Source of the DNA: the human T2T-CHM13v2.0 reference genome, Homo sapiens
Length of the DNA: 64,000 nucleotides
Assembly: GCF_009914755.1 (NCBI RefSeq)
Contig: NC_060933.1
Strand: one strand, 5' to 3'
The notes under the pieces are model-generated. The model had not been told where the DNA came from. It saw only the letters and a program-made list of their open reading frames with translations, and made no database searches. Shown here in pieces: positions 1 to 12,500 of this stretch (positions within the stretch are counted from its first letter, which is position 1; each line of letters starts with the position of its first letter). The translations under genes and the position numbers were made by a program.

Positions 1-1657
1 TTCTATTCAACTCCCTTACTCTCCATAACATTCCATTCCATTCGGGTTGTTCCTTTCCATTCCATTCCATTCCACTCCATTCCATTGCACTCGGGTTGAT
101 TCCATTCCAATCCATTCCATTCCATTCCATTCCATTCCATTCCATTCCATTCCATTCCATTCCGGATGATTCCATTCCATTGCACTCCGTTCCATTACAT
201 TCCCCTGCACTCGGGTTGATTCCATTCCATTCCATTCCATTCCATTCCATTCCATTCCATTCCATTCCATTCCAATTCTTTCCTTTCCATTCTATTCCGT
301 ACCATTCCATTCCATTTCATACAATTCCATTCCATTCCATTCCATTCCATTCCATTCTGTTCCGTTCCGTTCAGTTCCGTTCCATTCCATTCCATTCCAT
401 TCCATTCTATTCGGGTTAATTCCATTCCATTCCATTCCATTCCATTACTTTCCGTTCCATTCCATTCCATTCCATTCGGATTGATTCTATTCAATTCCCT
501 TACACTCCATTACATTCCATTCCATTCGGGTAGTTTCCATTCCATTCCATTCCATTCCATTGTACTCGGGTTGATTCCATTCCATTGCATTCCATTCCAT
601 TCCATTCCATTCCATTACATTCCGTTCCATTCCATTACATTCGGATTGATTCTATTCAATTCCCTTACACTCCATTACATTCCATTGCATTCCATTCCAT
701 TCCATTCCATTTCGTTCCATTCCATTCTATTCCGTATCATTCCATTCCATTCCATTCCATTGCATTCCATTCCATTCCATTCCACTCGTGTTGATTTCAT
801 TCCTTTCCATTCCATTCGGTTTGAAAGCATTCCATTCCATTCCATTCCATTCCATTCCATTCCATTCCATTCCATTGTACTCCGGTTGATTCCATTCCAT
901 TGCATTCCATTCCATTCCATTCCATTCCATTCCATTCCGTTGCGTTCCATTCCATTACATTCGGATTGATTCTATTCAACTCCCTTATTCTCCATTACAT
1001 TCCATTCCATTCGGGTTGTTCCATTCCATTCCATTCCATTCCACTCCATTGCATTGCACTCGGGTTGATTCCATTCCATTCCATTCCATTCCATTCCATT
1101 CCATTCCGGATGATTCCATTCTATTGCATTCCGTTCCATTTCATTCCCCTGCACTCGCGTTGATTCCATTCCATTCCATTCCATTCCATTCAATTCCATT
1201 CCATTACAATTCGTTCCATTCCATTCTATTCCGTACCATTCCATTCCAATCCATACCATTCTATTCCATTCCATTCCATTCCATTCCATTCCATTCCATT
1301 CTATTCCATTCCATTCCATTCCATTCCGGATGATTCCATTCAATTGCATTCCGTTCCATTACATTCCGCTGCACTCGGGTTGATTCCTTCCCATTCCATT
1401 CCATTCTATTCCATTCCATTCCATTCCAATTCTTTCCTTTCCATTCTATTCCATACCATTCCATTCCATTTCATACAATTCCATTCCATTCCATTCCATT
1501 CCATTCCATTCCATTCCGTTCCTTTCCGTTCCGTTCCGTTCCATTCCATTCCATTCCATTCTATTCGCGTTAATTCCATTCCATTCCATTCCATTCCATT
1601 ATATTCCATTCCATTGCAATCGAGTTGAATCCATTGCATTCCATTCCATTCCATTCC

Positions 1658-1672
1658 ATTCCGGAAGATTCC
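1658..1672. promoter_or_regulatory. Perfect 3-unit heat-shock element match aTTCc-gGAAg-aTTCc (first of ~29; candidate HSF1 site)
   Basis: Seen: ATTCCGGAAGATTCC. Established: the HSE consensus is three alternating nGAAn units, and HSF1 binds Satellite III under stress. Binding at this particular site is inference. Confidence 0.5.
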
Positions 1673-4002
1673 ATTCCATTGCATTCCATTCCATTCCATT
1701 CCCCTGCATTCGCGTTTATTCCTTTCAATTCCATTCCGTTCCATTCCATTCCATTCCGTTCCGCTCCATTCCATTCCATTCCATTCCATTCCATTCCATT
1801 CCGTTCCGTTCCGTTCCATTCCATTCTATTCCGTTCTATTCGGGTTAATTCCATTCCATTCCATTCGATTGCAATCGAGATGATTCCATTCCATTCCATT
1901 CCATTCCATTCCATTCCATTCCATTCCATTCCTTTCCATTACATTACGGATGATTCCATTCCATTGCATTCCATTCCATTCCATTCCCCTGTACTCGGGT
2001 TGATTCCATTCCATTCCATTCCATTCCATGCCACTCCACTCGTGTTGATTCCATTCTTTCCATTCCATTCAAGTTGAATCCATTCCATTGCATTCCATTC
2101 CATTCGATTCCATTCGATTGCACTCGTGTTGATTCCATTCCATTTCATTCCATTCCATTCCATTCCATTCCATTCCATTCCATTCCCTTCCATTCCATTC
2201 CATTACATTCGGATTGATTCTATTCAATTCCCTTACACTCCATTACATTCCATTCCATTCGGGTAGTTTCCATTCCATTCCATTCCATTCCTTTCCATTC
2301 CATTGCACTCGGGTTGATTCCATTCCATTCCATTCCATTCCATTCCATTCCATTCCATTCCATTCCGGATGATTCCATTCCATTGAATTCCATTCCATTC
2401 CATTCCCCTCCACTTGGGTTGATTCCATTCCATTCCATTCCATTCCTTTCCGTTCCATTCCATTCCATTCCATTCCATTCCATTGTATTCGTGTTAATTC
2501 CATTCCATTCTATTCCATTCCATTCCATTGAAATCGAGTTGATTCCATTCCATTCCATTCCATTCCTTTCCGGATGATTCCATTCAATTGCATTCCATTC
2601 CATTCCATTCCCCTGCACTCGGGTTGAATCCATTCCATTCCGTTCCATTCCATTCCATTCCATTCTATTCGGGTTAATTCCATTCCATTCCATTCCACTC
2701 CATTCCAGTCCTTTGCATTCCATTCCACTAGGGTTGATTCCATTCTATTCCTTTCCATTACATTCCATTCCATTGCAATCGAGTTGATTCCATTCGAGTT
2801 GAATCCATTCCATTCCATTCCATTACATTACATTGCACACGGGTTCATTCCATTCCATTCCATTCCATTCCATTCCATTCCATTCCATTCCATTTCATTC
2901 CGTTCCACTCTATTCCGTACCATTCCATTCCATCCCATTCCATTCCATTCCATTCCATTCCATGCCATTACACTCGGGTTGATTCCATTCCTTTCCATTC
3001 CATTCTTGTTGAATCCATTCCATTCCATTCCATTTAATTCGAATCCTTTCCATTGCACTCGGGTTGATTCCATTCCATTCCGTTCCATTCCATTTCATTC
3101 CATTCCATTCCATTACATTCGGATTGATTCTATTCAGTTCCCTTACACTCCATTACATTCCATTCCATTCGGGATGTTTCCATTCCATTCCATTCCATTC
3201 CACTCCATTCCATTGCATCGGGTTGATTGCATTCCATTCCATTCCATTCCATTCCGGATGATTCCATTCCAATGCATTCCATTCCATTCCATTCCCCTGC
3301 ACTCGGGTTGATTACATTCCATACCATTCACTTCCATTCCATTCCATTCCACTCCGGATGATTGCATTCCATTGCTTTCCATTCCATTCCATTCCATTGC
3401 AATGGAGTTGATTCCATTCCATTCCATTCCATTCCATTCCATTCCATTCCATTCCATTCCATTCCATTCTATTCGGGTTAATTCCATTCCATTCCATTCC
3501 ATTCCATTCCATTCCATTCCATTGCAATCGAGTTGATTCCATTCCATTCCATTCCATTCCATTCCATTGCATTCCAATCGATTTGATTCCATTCCATTCC
3601 ATTCCATTCCACTCCATTCCAGTCCTTTCCATTCCATTCATCTCGGGTTGATTCCATTCTATTCCTTTCCATTCCATTCCATTCCATTGCAATCGAGTTG
3701 ATTCCTTTCGAGTTGAATCCATTCCATACCATTCCATTCCATTACATTGCACACGGGCTCATTCCATTCCATTCCATTCCATTCCATTCCATTCCATTCC
3801 ATTTCATTCCATTCCATTCTATTCCGTACCATTCCATTCCATCCCATTCCATTCCATTCCATTCCATGCCATTACACTCGGGTTGATTCCATTCCTTTCC
3901 ATTCCATTACACTCGGGTTGATTCCATTCCTTTCCATTCCATTCTTGTTGAATCCATTCCATTCCATTCCATTCCATTCGAATCCATTCCATTGCACTCG
4001 GG

Positions 4003-4322
4003 TTGATTCCATTCCATTCCATTCCATTCCATTTCATTCCATTCCATTACATTACATTCCGATTGATTCTATTCAATTCCCTTACACTCCATTACATTCC
4101 ATTCCATTCGGGTAGTTTCCATTCCATTCCATTCCATTCCTCTCCATTCCATTGCACTCGGGTTGATTCCATTCCATTCCATTCCATTCCATTTCATTCC
4201 ATTCCATTACATTACATTCCGATTGATTCTATTCAATTCCCTTACACTCCATTACATTCCATTCCATTCGGGATGTTTCCATTCCATTCCATTCCATTCC
4301 ACTCCATTCCATTGCATCGGGT
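4003..4322 (+). repeat. 160 bp tandem doublet (also at 32909-33228 and 44907-45226)
   Basis: TTACATTACATTCCGATTGATT occurs twice 160 bp apart. ORFs 4003 and 4163 begin identically. Confidence 0.88.
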
Positions 4323-7300
4323 TGATTCCATTCCATTCCATTCCATTCCGGATGATTCCATTCGATTGCATTCCATTGCATTCCTTTCCCCTGCACTCGG
4401 GTTGATTACATTCCATTTCCTTCCCTTCCATTCCTTTCCATTCCGTTCCATTCCATTCTATTCGGGTGAATTCCATTCCATTCCATTCCATTCCATTCCA
4501 TTCCATTCCATTCCATTCCATTGCAATCGACTTGATTCCATTCCATTCCATTCCATTCCATTCCAATCGTGTTGATTCCATTCCTTTCCATTCCATTCGG
4601 TTTGAAGCCATTCCATTCCATTTAATTCCATTCCATTCCATTCCATTCCATTCCATTCCATTCCATTTCATTCCATTGTACTCGGGTTGATTCCATTCCA
4701 TTGCATTCCATTCCATTCCATTCAATTCCATTCCGTTCCATTCCATTCCATCACATTCGGATTGATTCTATTCAACTCCCTTACTCTCAAATACATTCCA
4801 TTCCATTCGGATTGATTCTATTCAACTCCCTGACTCTCCATTACATTCCATTCCATTCGGGTTGTTCCATTCCATTCCATTCCATTCCACTCCATTGCAT
4901 TGCACTCGGGTTGATTCCATTCCACTCCATTCCATTCCATTCTATTCCGGATGATTCCATTCCATTGCATTCCCTTCTATTACATTCCCCTGCACTCGCG
5001 TTGATTCCATTCCATTCCATTCCATTCCATTCCATTCCGTTCCATTCCATTCCAATTCTTTCCATTCCGTTCTATTGCGTACCATTGCATTCCATTCCAT
5101 ACCATTCCATTCCATTCCATTCCATTCCATTCCATTCCGTTCCATTCCATTCCATTCCATTCTATTAGGGTTAATTCCATTCCATTCCATTCCATTCCAT
5201 TCTATTCCATTCCATTGCAATCGAGTTGAATCCATTGCATTCCATTCCATTCCATTCCATTCTATTCAGGTTAATTCCATTCCATTCGATTGCAATCGAG
5301 TTCATTCCATTCCATTCCATTCCTTTCCATTCCATTACTGATGATTCCATTCCATTGCATTCCATTCCATTCCATTCTCCTGTACACGGGTTGATTCCAT
5401 TCCATTCCATTCCAATCCATGCCCTTCCACTCGTGTTGATTCCTTTCTTTCCATTCCATTCAAGTTGAATCCATTCCATTGCGTTCCATTCAATTCGATT
5501 CCATTCGATTGCACTCGGGTTCATTCCATTCCATTGCATTCCATTCCATTCCATTCCATTCCATTCCGTTCCATTCCATTCCATTACATGCGGATTAATT
5601 CTATTCAATTCCCTTACACTATATTACATTCCATTCCATTCGGGTAGTTTCCATTCCATTCCATTCCATTCCACTCCATTCCACTGCACTCGGGTTGATT
5701 CCATTCCATTCCATTCCATTCCATTCCATTGTACTCGGGTTGATTCCATTCCATTGCATTCCATTCCATTCCATTCCATACCATTCCATTCCATTCCGTT
5801 CCATTCCATTGCATTCGGATTTATTCTATACAACTCCCTTACTCTCCATTACATTCCATTCCATTCGGATTCTTCCATTCCATTCCATTCCATTCCACTC
5901 CATTCCATTGCACTCGGGTTGATTCCATTCCATTCCATTCCATTCCATTCCATTCCATTCCGGATGATTCCATTCCATTGCATTTCGTTCCATTACATTC
6001 CCCTGCACTCGGGTTGATTCCATTCCATTCCATTCCCTTCCATTCGATTCCATTCCATTCCAATTCTTTCCATTCCATTCTATTCCGTACCATTCCATTC
6101 CATTCCATACAATTCCATTCCATTCCATTCCATTCCATTCCATTCCATTCCATTCCGTTCCGTTCCGATCCGTACCGTTCCGTTCCATTCCATTCCATTC
6201 CATTCTATTCAGGTTAATTCCATTCCATTCCATTCCATTCCATTCTTTTCCATTCCATTGCAATCGAGTTGAATCCATTGCATTCCATTCCATTCCATTC
6301 CATTCCATTCCATACCATTCCATTCCATTCCGGAAGATTCCATTCCATTGCATTCCATTCCATTCCATTCCCCTGCACTCGCGTTTATTCCTTTCAATTC
6401 CATTTCATTCCATTCCATTCCATTCCGTTCCTCTCCATTCCATTGCATTCCATTCCATTCCATTCCATTCCATTCCGTTCCGTTCCGTTCCATTCCATTC
6501 CATTCCATTCTATTCGGGTTAATTCCATTCCATTCCATTCGATTGCAATCGAATTGATTCCATTCCATTCCATTCCATTCCATTCCATTCCATTCCATTC
6601 CTTTCCATTCCATTACGGATGATTCCATTCCATTGCATTCCATTCCATTCCATTCCCCTGTACTCGGGTTGATTCCATTGTATTCCATTCCATTCCATTC
6701 CATTCCGGATGATTCCATTCCATTGCATTCCGTTCTATTACATTCCCCTGCACTCGCGCTGATTCCATTCCATTCCATTCCATTCCATTCGATTCCATTC
6801 CATTCCAATTCGTTCCATTCCATTCTATTCCGTACCATTCCATTGCATTCCATACCATTCCATTCCATTGCATTCCATTCCATTCCATTCCATTCCATTC
6901 CATTCCTTTCCGTTCCATTCCATTCCATTCCATTCCATTCCATTCCATTCCGTTCCGTTCCATTCCATTCCATTCCATTCCATTCCATTCCATTCCTTTC
7001 CGTTCCGTTCCTTTCCATTCCATTCCATTCCATTCCTTTCTATTCGGGTTAATTCCATTCCATTCCATTCGATTGCAATCGAGTTGATTCCATTCCATTC
7101 CATTCCATTCCATTCCTTTCCATTCCATTACGGATGATTCCATTCCATTGCATTCCATTCCATTCAATTCCCCTGTACTCGGGTTGATTCCATTCCATTC
7201 CATTCCAATCCATGCCATTCCACTCGTGTTGATTCCATTCTTTCCATTCCATTCAAGTTGAATCCATTCCATTGCATTCCATTCCATTCGATTCCATTCG

Positions 7301-9522
7301 ATTGCACTCGGGTTGATTCCATTCCATTGCATTCCATTCCATTCCATTCCATTCCATTCCATTCCATTCCGTTCAATTCCATTCCATTACATTCGGATTG
7401 ATTCTATTCAATTCCCTTACACTCCCTTCCATTCCATTCCATTCGGGTAGTTTCCATTCCATTCCATTCCATTCCATTGCACTCGGGTTGATTCCATTCC
7501 ATTGCATTCCATTCCATTCAATTCCATTCCGTTCCATTCCATTCCATTACATTCGGATTGATTCTATTCAACTCCCTTACTCTCTATTACATTCCATTCC
7601 ATTCGGGTTGTTCCATTACATTCCATTCCATTCCACTCCATTCCATTGCACTCGGGTTGATTCCATTCCATTCCATTCCATTCCATTCCATTCCATTCCA
7701 TTCCATTGCTTTCCGTTCCATTCCATTCCATTCCATTCCATTCCAATCCATTCCATTCCGTTGCGTTCCGTTCCATTCCATTCCATTCCATTCTATTCGG
7801 GTTAATTCCATTCCATTCCATTCGATTGCAATCGAGTTGATTCCATTCCATTCCATTCCATTCCATTCCATTCCATTCGTTTCCATTCCATTACGGATGA
7901 TTCAATTCCATTGCATTCCATTCCATTCCATTCCCCTGTACTCGGGTTGATTCCATTCCATTCCATTCCAATCCATGCCATTCCACTCGTGTTGATTCCA
8001 TTCTTTCCATTCCATTCAAGTTGAATCCATTCCATTGCATTCCATTCCATTCCATTACCCTGCAGTCGGGTTGTTTCCATTCCATTCCATTCCATTCCAT
8101 TCCATTCCATTCTGTTCCGTTCCGTTCCGTTCCATTCCATTCCATTCCATTCTATTCGGGTTAATTCCATTCCATTCCATTCCATTCCATTCCATTCCAT
8201 TCCATTCCAATCGAGTTGATTCCATTCCATTCCATTCCATTCCATTCCACTCCATTCCAGTCCTTTCCATTCCATTCCACTCGGGTTGATTCCAATGTAT
8301 TCCTTTCCACTCCATTCCATTCCATAGCAATCGAGTTGATTCCATTGCTTTGCATTCCATTCCATTCCATTCCATTCCATTCCGGATGATTCCATTCCAT
8401 TGCATTCCATTCCATTCCGTTCCCCTGCACTCGGGTTGATTCCATTCCATTCCACTCCATTCCGTTCCATTCCATTCCATTGCTTTGTATTCGGGTTTAT
8501 TCCATTCCATTCCATTCCATTCCATTCCATTCCATTACAATCGAGTTGATTCCATTCCATTCCATTCCATTCCAGTCCTTTCCATTCCATTCCTCTCGGG
8601 TTGATTCCATTCTATTAGTTTCCATTCCATTCCATTCCCTTCCATTCCACTCAGGTTTTTTCCATTCCTTTCCATTCCACTCGAATACATTCCCTCCTAT
8701 TCCACTTGGAATGATTCCATTGCATTCCATTCCATTCCATTCCATTCCATTCCATTCCATTCCATTCCATTCCATTTCGTTCCATTCCATTCTATTCCGT
8801 ATCATTCCATTCCATTCCATTCCATTCCATTCCATTCCATTCCATTCCATTCCATTGTACTCGGGTTGATTCAATTCCATTGCATTGCATTCCATTCCAT
8901 TCCATTCCGTTGCATTCCATTCCATTACATTCGGATTGATTCTATTCAACTCCCTTACTCTCCATTACATTCCATTCCATTCGGGTTGTTCCATTCCATT
9001 CCATTCCATTCCACTCCATTCCATTGCACTCGGGTTGATTCCATTCCATTCCATTCCATTCCATTCCATTACGGATGATTCCATTCCATTGCATTCCGTT
9101 CCATTACATTCCCCTTCACTCGCGTTGATTCCATTCCATTCCATTCCATTCCATTCAATTCCATTCCATTACAATTCGTTCCATTCCATTCTATTCCGTA
9201 CCATTCCATTCCATTCCATACCATTCCATTCCATTCCATTCCATTCCATTCCGTTCCATTCCGTTCCATTCCATTCCATTCCATTCTATTCGAATTAATT
9301 CCATTCCATTCCCTTCCATTCTATTCCATTCCATTGCAATCGAGTTGAATCCATTGCATTTCATTCCATTCCATTCCATTCCATTCCATTCCGTTCCATT
9401 CCATTCCATTCCATTCTATTCGAATTAATTCCATTCCATTCCATTCCATTCCATTCTATTCCATTCCATTGCAATCGAGTTGAATCCATTGCATTTCATT
9501 CCATTCCATTTCTTTCCATTCC

Positions 9523-9537
9523 ATTCCAGAAGATTCC
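9523..9537. promoter_or_regulatory. HSE match, CpG-decayed variant aTTCc-aGAAg-aTTCc
   Basis: Seen: ATTCCAGAAGATTCC. The same variant occurs at 52914-52928. Function is inferred. Confidence 0.45.
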
Positions 9538-12500
9538 ATCCCATTGCATTCCATTCCATTCCATTCCCCTGCACTCGCGTTGATTCCATTCCATTCCATT
9601 CCATTCCATTCCATTCCATTCCATTCCGTTCCGTTCCATTCCATTCCATTCCATTCCATTCCGTTCCGTTCCATTCCATTCCATTCCATTCTATTCGGGT
9701 TAATTCCATTCCATTCCATTCGATTGCAATCGAGTTGATTCCATTCCATTCCATTCCATTCCATTCCATTCCATTCCATTCCTTTCCATTCCATTACGGA
9801 TGATTCCATTCCATTGCATTCCATACCATTCCATTCCCCTATACTCGGGTTGATTCCATTCCATTCCTTTCCAATCCATGCCATTCCACTCGTGTTGATT
9901 CCATTCTTTCCATTCCATTCAAGTTGAATCCATTCCATTGCATTCCATTCCATTCGATTCCATTCGATTGCACTCGGGTTGATTCCATTCTATTGCATTC
10001 CATTCCATTCCATTACATTCAATTCCATTCCGTTCCATTCCATTTCATTACATTCAGATTGATTGTATTCAATTCCCTTACACTCCATTATATTCCAATC
10101 CATTCTGGTTGTCTGCATTCCATTCCATTCTATTTCACTCCATTCCATTGCACTCGGGTTGATTCCATTCCATTCCATTCCATTCCATTGCATTCCATTC
10201 CATTCCATTCCGGATGATTCCATTCCATTGCATTCCATTCCATTCCATTCCCCTTCACTCGGGTTGATTCCATTCCATTCCATTACATTACATTCCGTTC
10301 CATTCCATTCCATTCCATTCGGATTGATTCTATTCAATTCCCTTACACTCCATTACATTCCATTCCATTCGGGTAGTTTCCATTCCATTCCATTCCATTC
10401 CTCTCCATTCCATTGCACTCGGGTTGATTCCATTCCATTCCATTCCATTCCATTCCATTATATTACATTCCATTCCATTCCGTTCCATTGTACTCGGGTT
10501 GAATCCATTCCATTGCATTCCATTCCATTCCATTCCATTCCATTCCATTCCATTCCATTCCATTCCGTTCCATTCCAGTACATTCGGATTGATTCTATTC
10601 AACTCCCTTACTCTCCATTACATTCCATTCCATTCGAGTTGTTCCATTACATTCCATTCCATTCCACTCCATTCCATTGCGCTCGGGTTGATTCCATTCC
10701 ATTCCACTCCATTCCGTTCCATTCCATTCCATTCCATTTTACTCGGGTTAATTCCATTCCATTCCATTCCATTCCATTCCATTCCATTCCATTCCATTAC
10801 AATCGAGTTGATTCCATTCCATTCCATTCCATTCCATTCCATTCCAGTCCTTTCCATTCCATTCCACTCGGGTTGATTCCATTTTATTAGTTTCCATTCC
10901 ATTCCATTCCCTTCCATTCCACTCTGGTTCATTCCATTCCTTTCCATTCCACTCGAATACATTCCCTCCTATTCCACTCGGAACGATTCCATTCCATTCC
11001 ATTCCATTCCATTCCATTCCATTCCATTCCATTCCAGTTCGTTCCATTCCATTCTATTCCGTACCATTCCATTCCTTTCCACTCGTGTTGATTCCATTCC
11101 TTTCCATTCCATTCGGTTTGAAGGCATTCCATTCCATTCCATTCCATTCCATTCCATTCCATTCCATTCCATTCTATTCCATTCCATTGCAATCGAGTTT
11201 AATCCATTGCCTTTCATTCCATTCCATTCCATTCCATTCCATTCCGGAAGATTGCATTCCATTACATTCCATTCCATTCCATTCCCCTGCACTCGCGTTG
11301 ATTCCATTCCATTCCATTGCATTCCATTCCGTTCCGTTCCATTCCATTCCATTCCATTCCATTCCATTCCGTTCCGTTCCATTCCATTCCATTCCATTCT
11401 ATTCGGGTTAATTCCATTCCATTCCATTCGATTGCCATCGAGTTGATTCCATTCCATTCCATTCCATTCCATTCCATTCCATTCCATTCCATTACGGATG
11501 ACTCCATTCCATTGCATTCCATTCCATTCCATTCCCCTGTACTCGGGTTGATTCCATTCCATTCCATTCCACTCCATTCGGTTCCGTTGCATTCCATTCT
11601 ATTGCATTCCATTCTATTCGGGTTAATTCCATTGCATTCTATTCCATTCCATTCCATTCCATTCCATTGCAATGGAGTTGATTCCATTCCATTCCATTCC
11701 ATTCCGCATGATTCCATTCCATTGCATTCCATTCCATTCCATTCCCCTGCACTCGTGTTGATTCCATTCCCTTCCATTCCATTCCATTCCGTTCCATTCC
11801 ATTCCATTCCATTCTATTCCGGTTAATTCCATTCCATTCTATTCCATTCCATTCCATTCCATTCCATTGCAATCCAGTTGATTCCATTCCATTCCTTTCC
11901 ATTCCATTCCATTGCCTTGCATTTCACGGGTTGATTCCATTCCCTTCTTTCCACTCCATTACATTCCCTTCCATGATTGATTCCATTCCAATCCATTCCA
12001 TTTCATTCCATTGCAATCCATTCCAATCCATTCCATTCCATTCCATTCCACTCGAGTTGACTTCATTCCATTCCTTTCCATTCCATTCCATTCCTTTCCA
12101 CTCGAGTTGATTCCATTCCATTCCAATCCATTGCATTCCATTCCATGCCATTCCACTCGGGTTGATTCCATTCCTTTGCATTCCATTCCATTCCATTCCG
12201 TTCCATTCCATTCCATTCCATTACATTCCGTTGCATTCCATTCCATTACATTCGAATTGATTCTATTCAACTCCCTTACTCTCCATTACATTCCATTCCA
12301 TTCTGGTTGTTCCATTCCTTTCAATTCCATTCCACTCCATTCCATTGCACTCGGGTTGATTCCATTCCATTCCATTCCATTCCGGATGATTCCATTCCAT
12401 TGCATTCCGTTCCATTACATTCCCCTGCACTCGCGTTGATTCCATTCCATTCCATTCCATTCCATTCAATTCCATTCCATTAAAATTCGTTCCATAGCAT

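Larger units (their letters stand above)
1..7400 (+). repeat. Block A, copy 1 (left end truncated by the window)
   Basis: Carries an ordered set of rare markers that recur in the same order downstream: CTCCATAAC (~21), CGAGATGATT (1876), CCACTAGGG (~2726), GCACACGGG (~2835), CCCTGAC (4828), CGCGCTGATT (~6755). Confidence 0.85.

Noticed and set aside
478-500. DUX4-type site in GGATTGATTCTATTCAA
   Set aside because: It shares only TGATT and does not match TGATTRRRTTA (reverse complement of TAAYYYAATCA).
528-538. NF-kB-like GGGTAGTTTCC
   Set aside because: Spacing and bases deviate from GGGRNWYYCC, which is too weak to call.
2101-2120. HSat2 assignment from CATTCGATTCCATTCGATTG
   Set aside because: This is one minor word per unit. 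The bulk is pure CATTC with the Satellite III decamer.
7297-7312. CENP-B-box-like TTCGATTGCACTCGGG (recurrent)
   Set aside because: The box requires TTCG-N4-A-N2-CGGG. Here the first spacer is 5 nt, and there is no alpha-satellite context.
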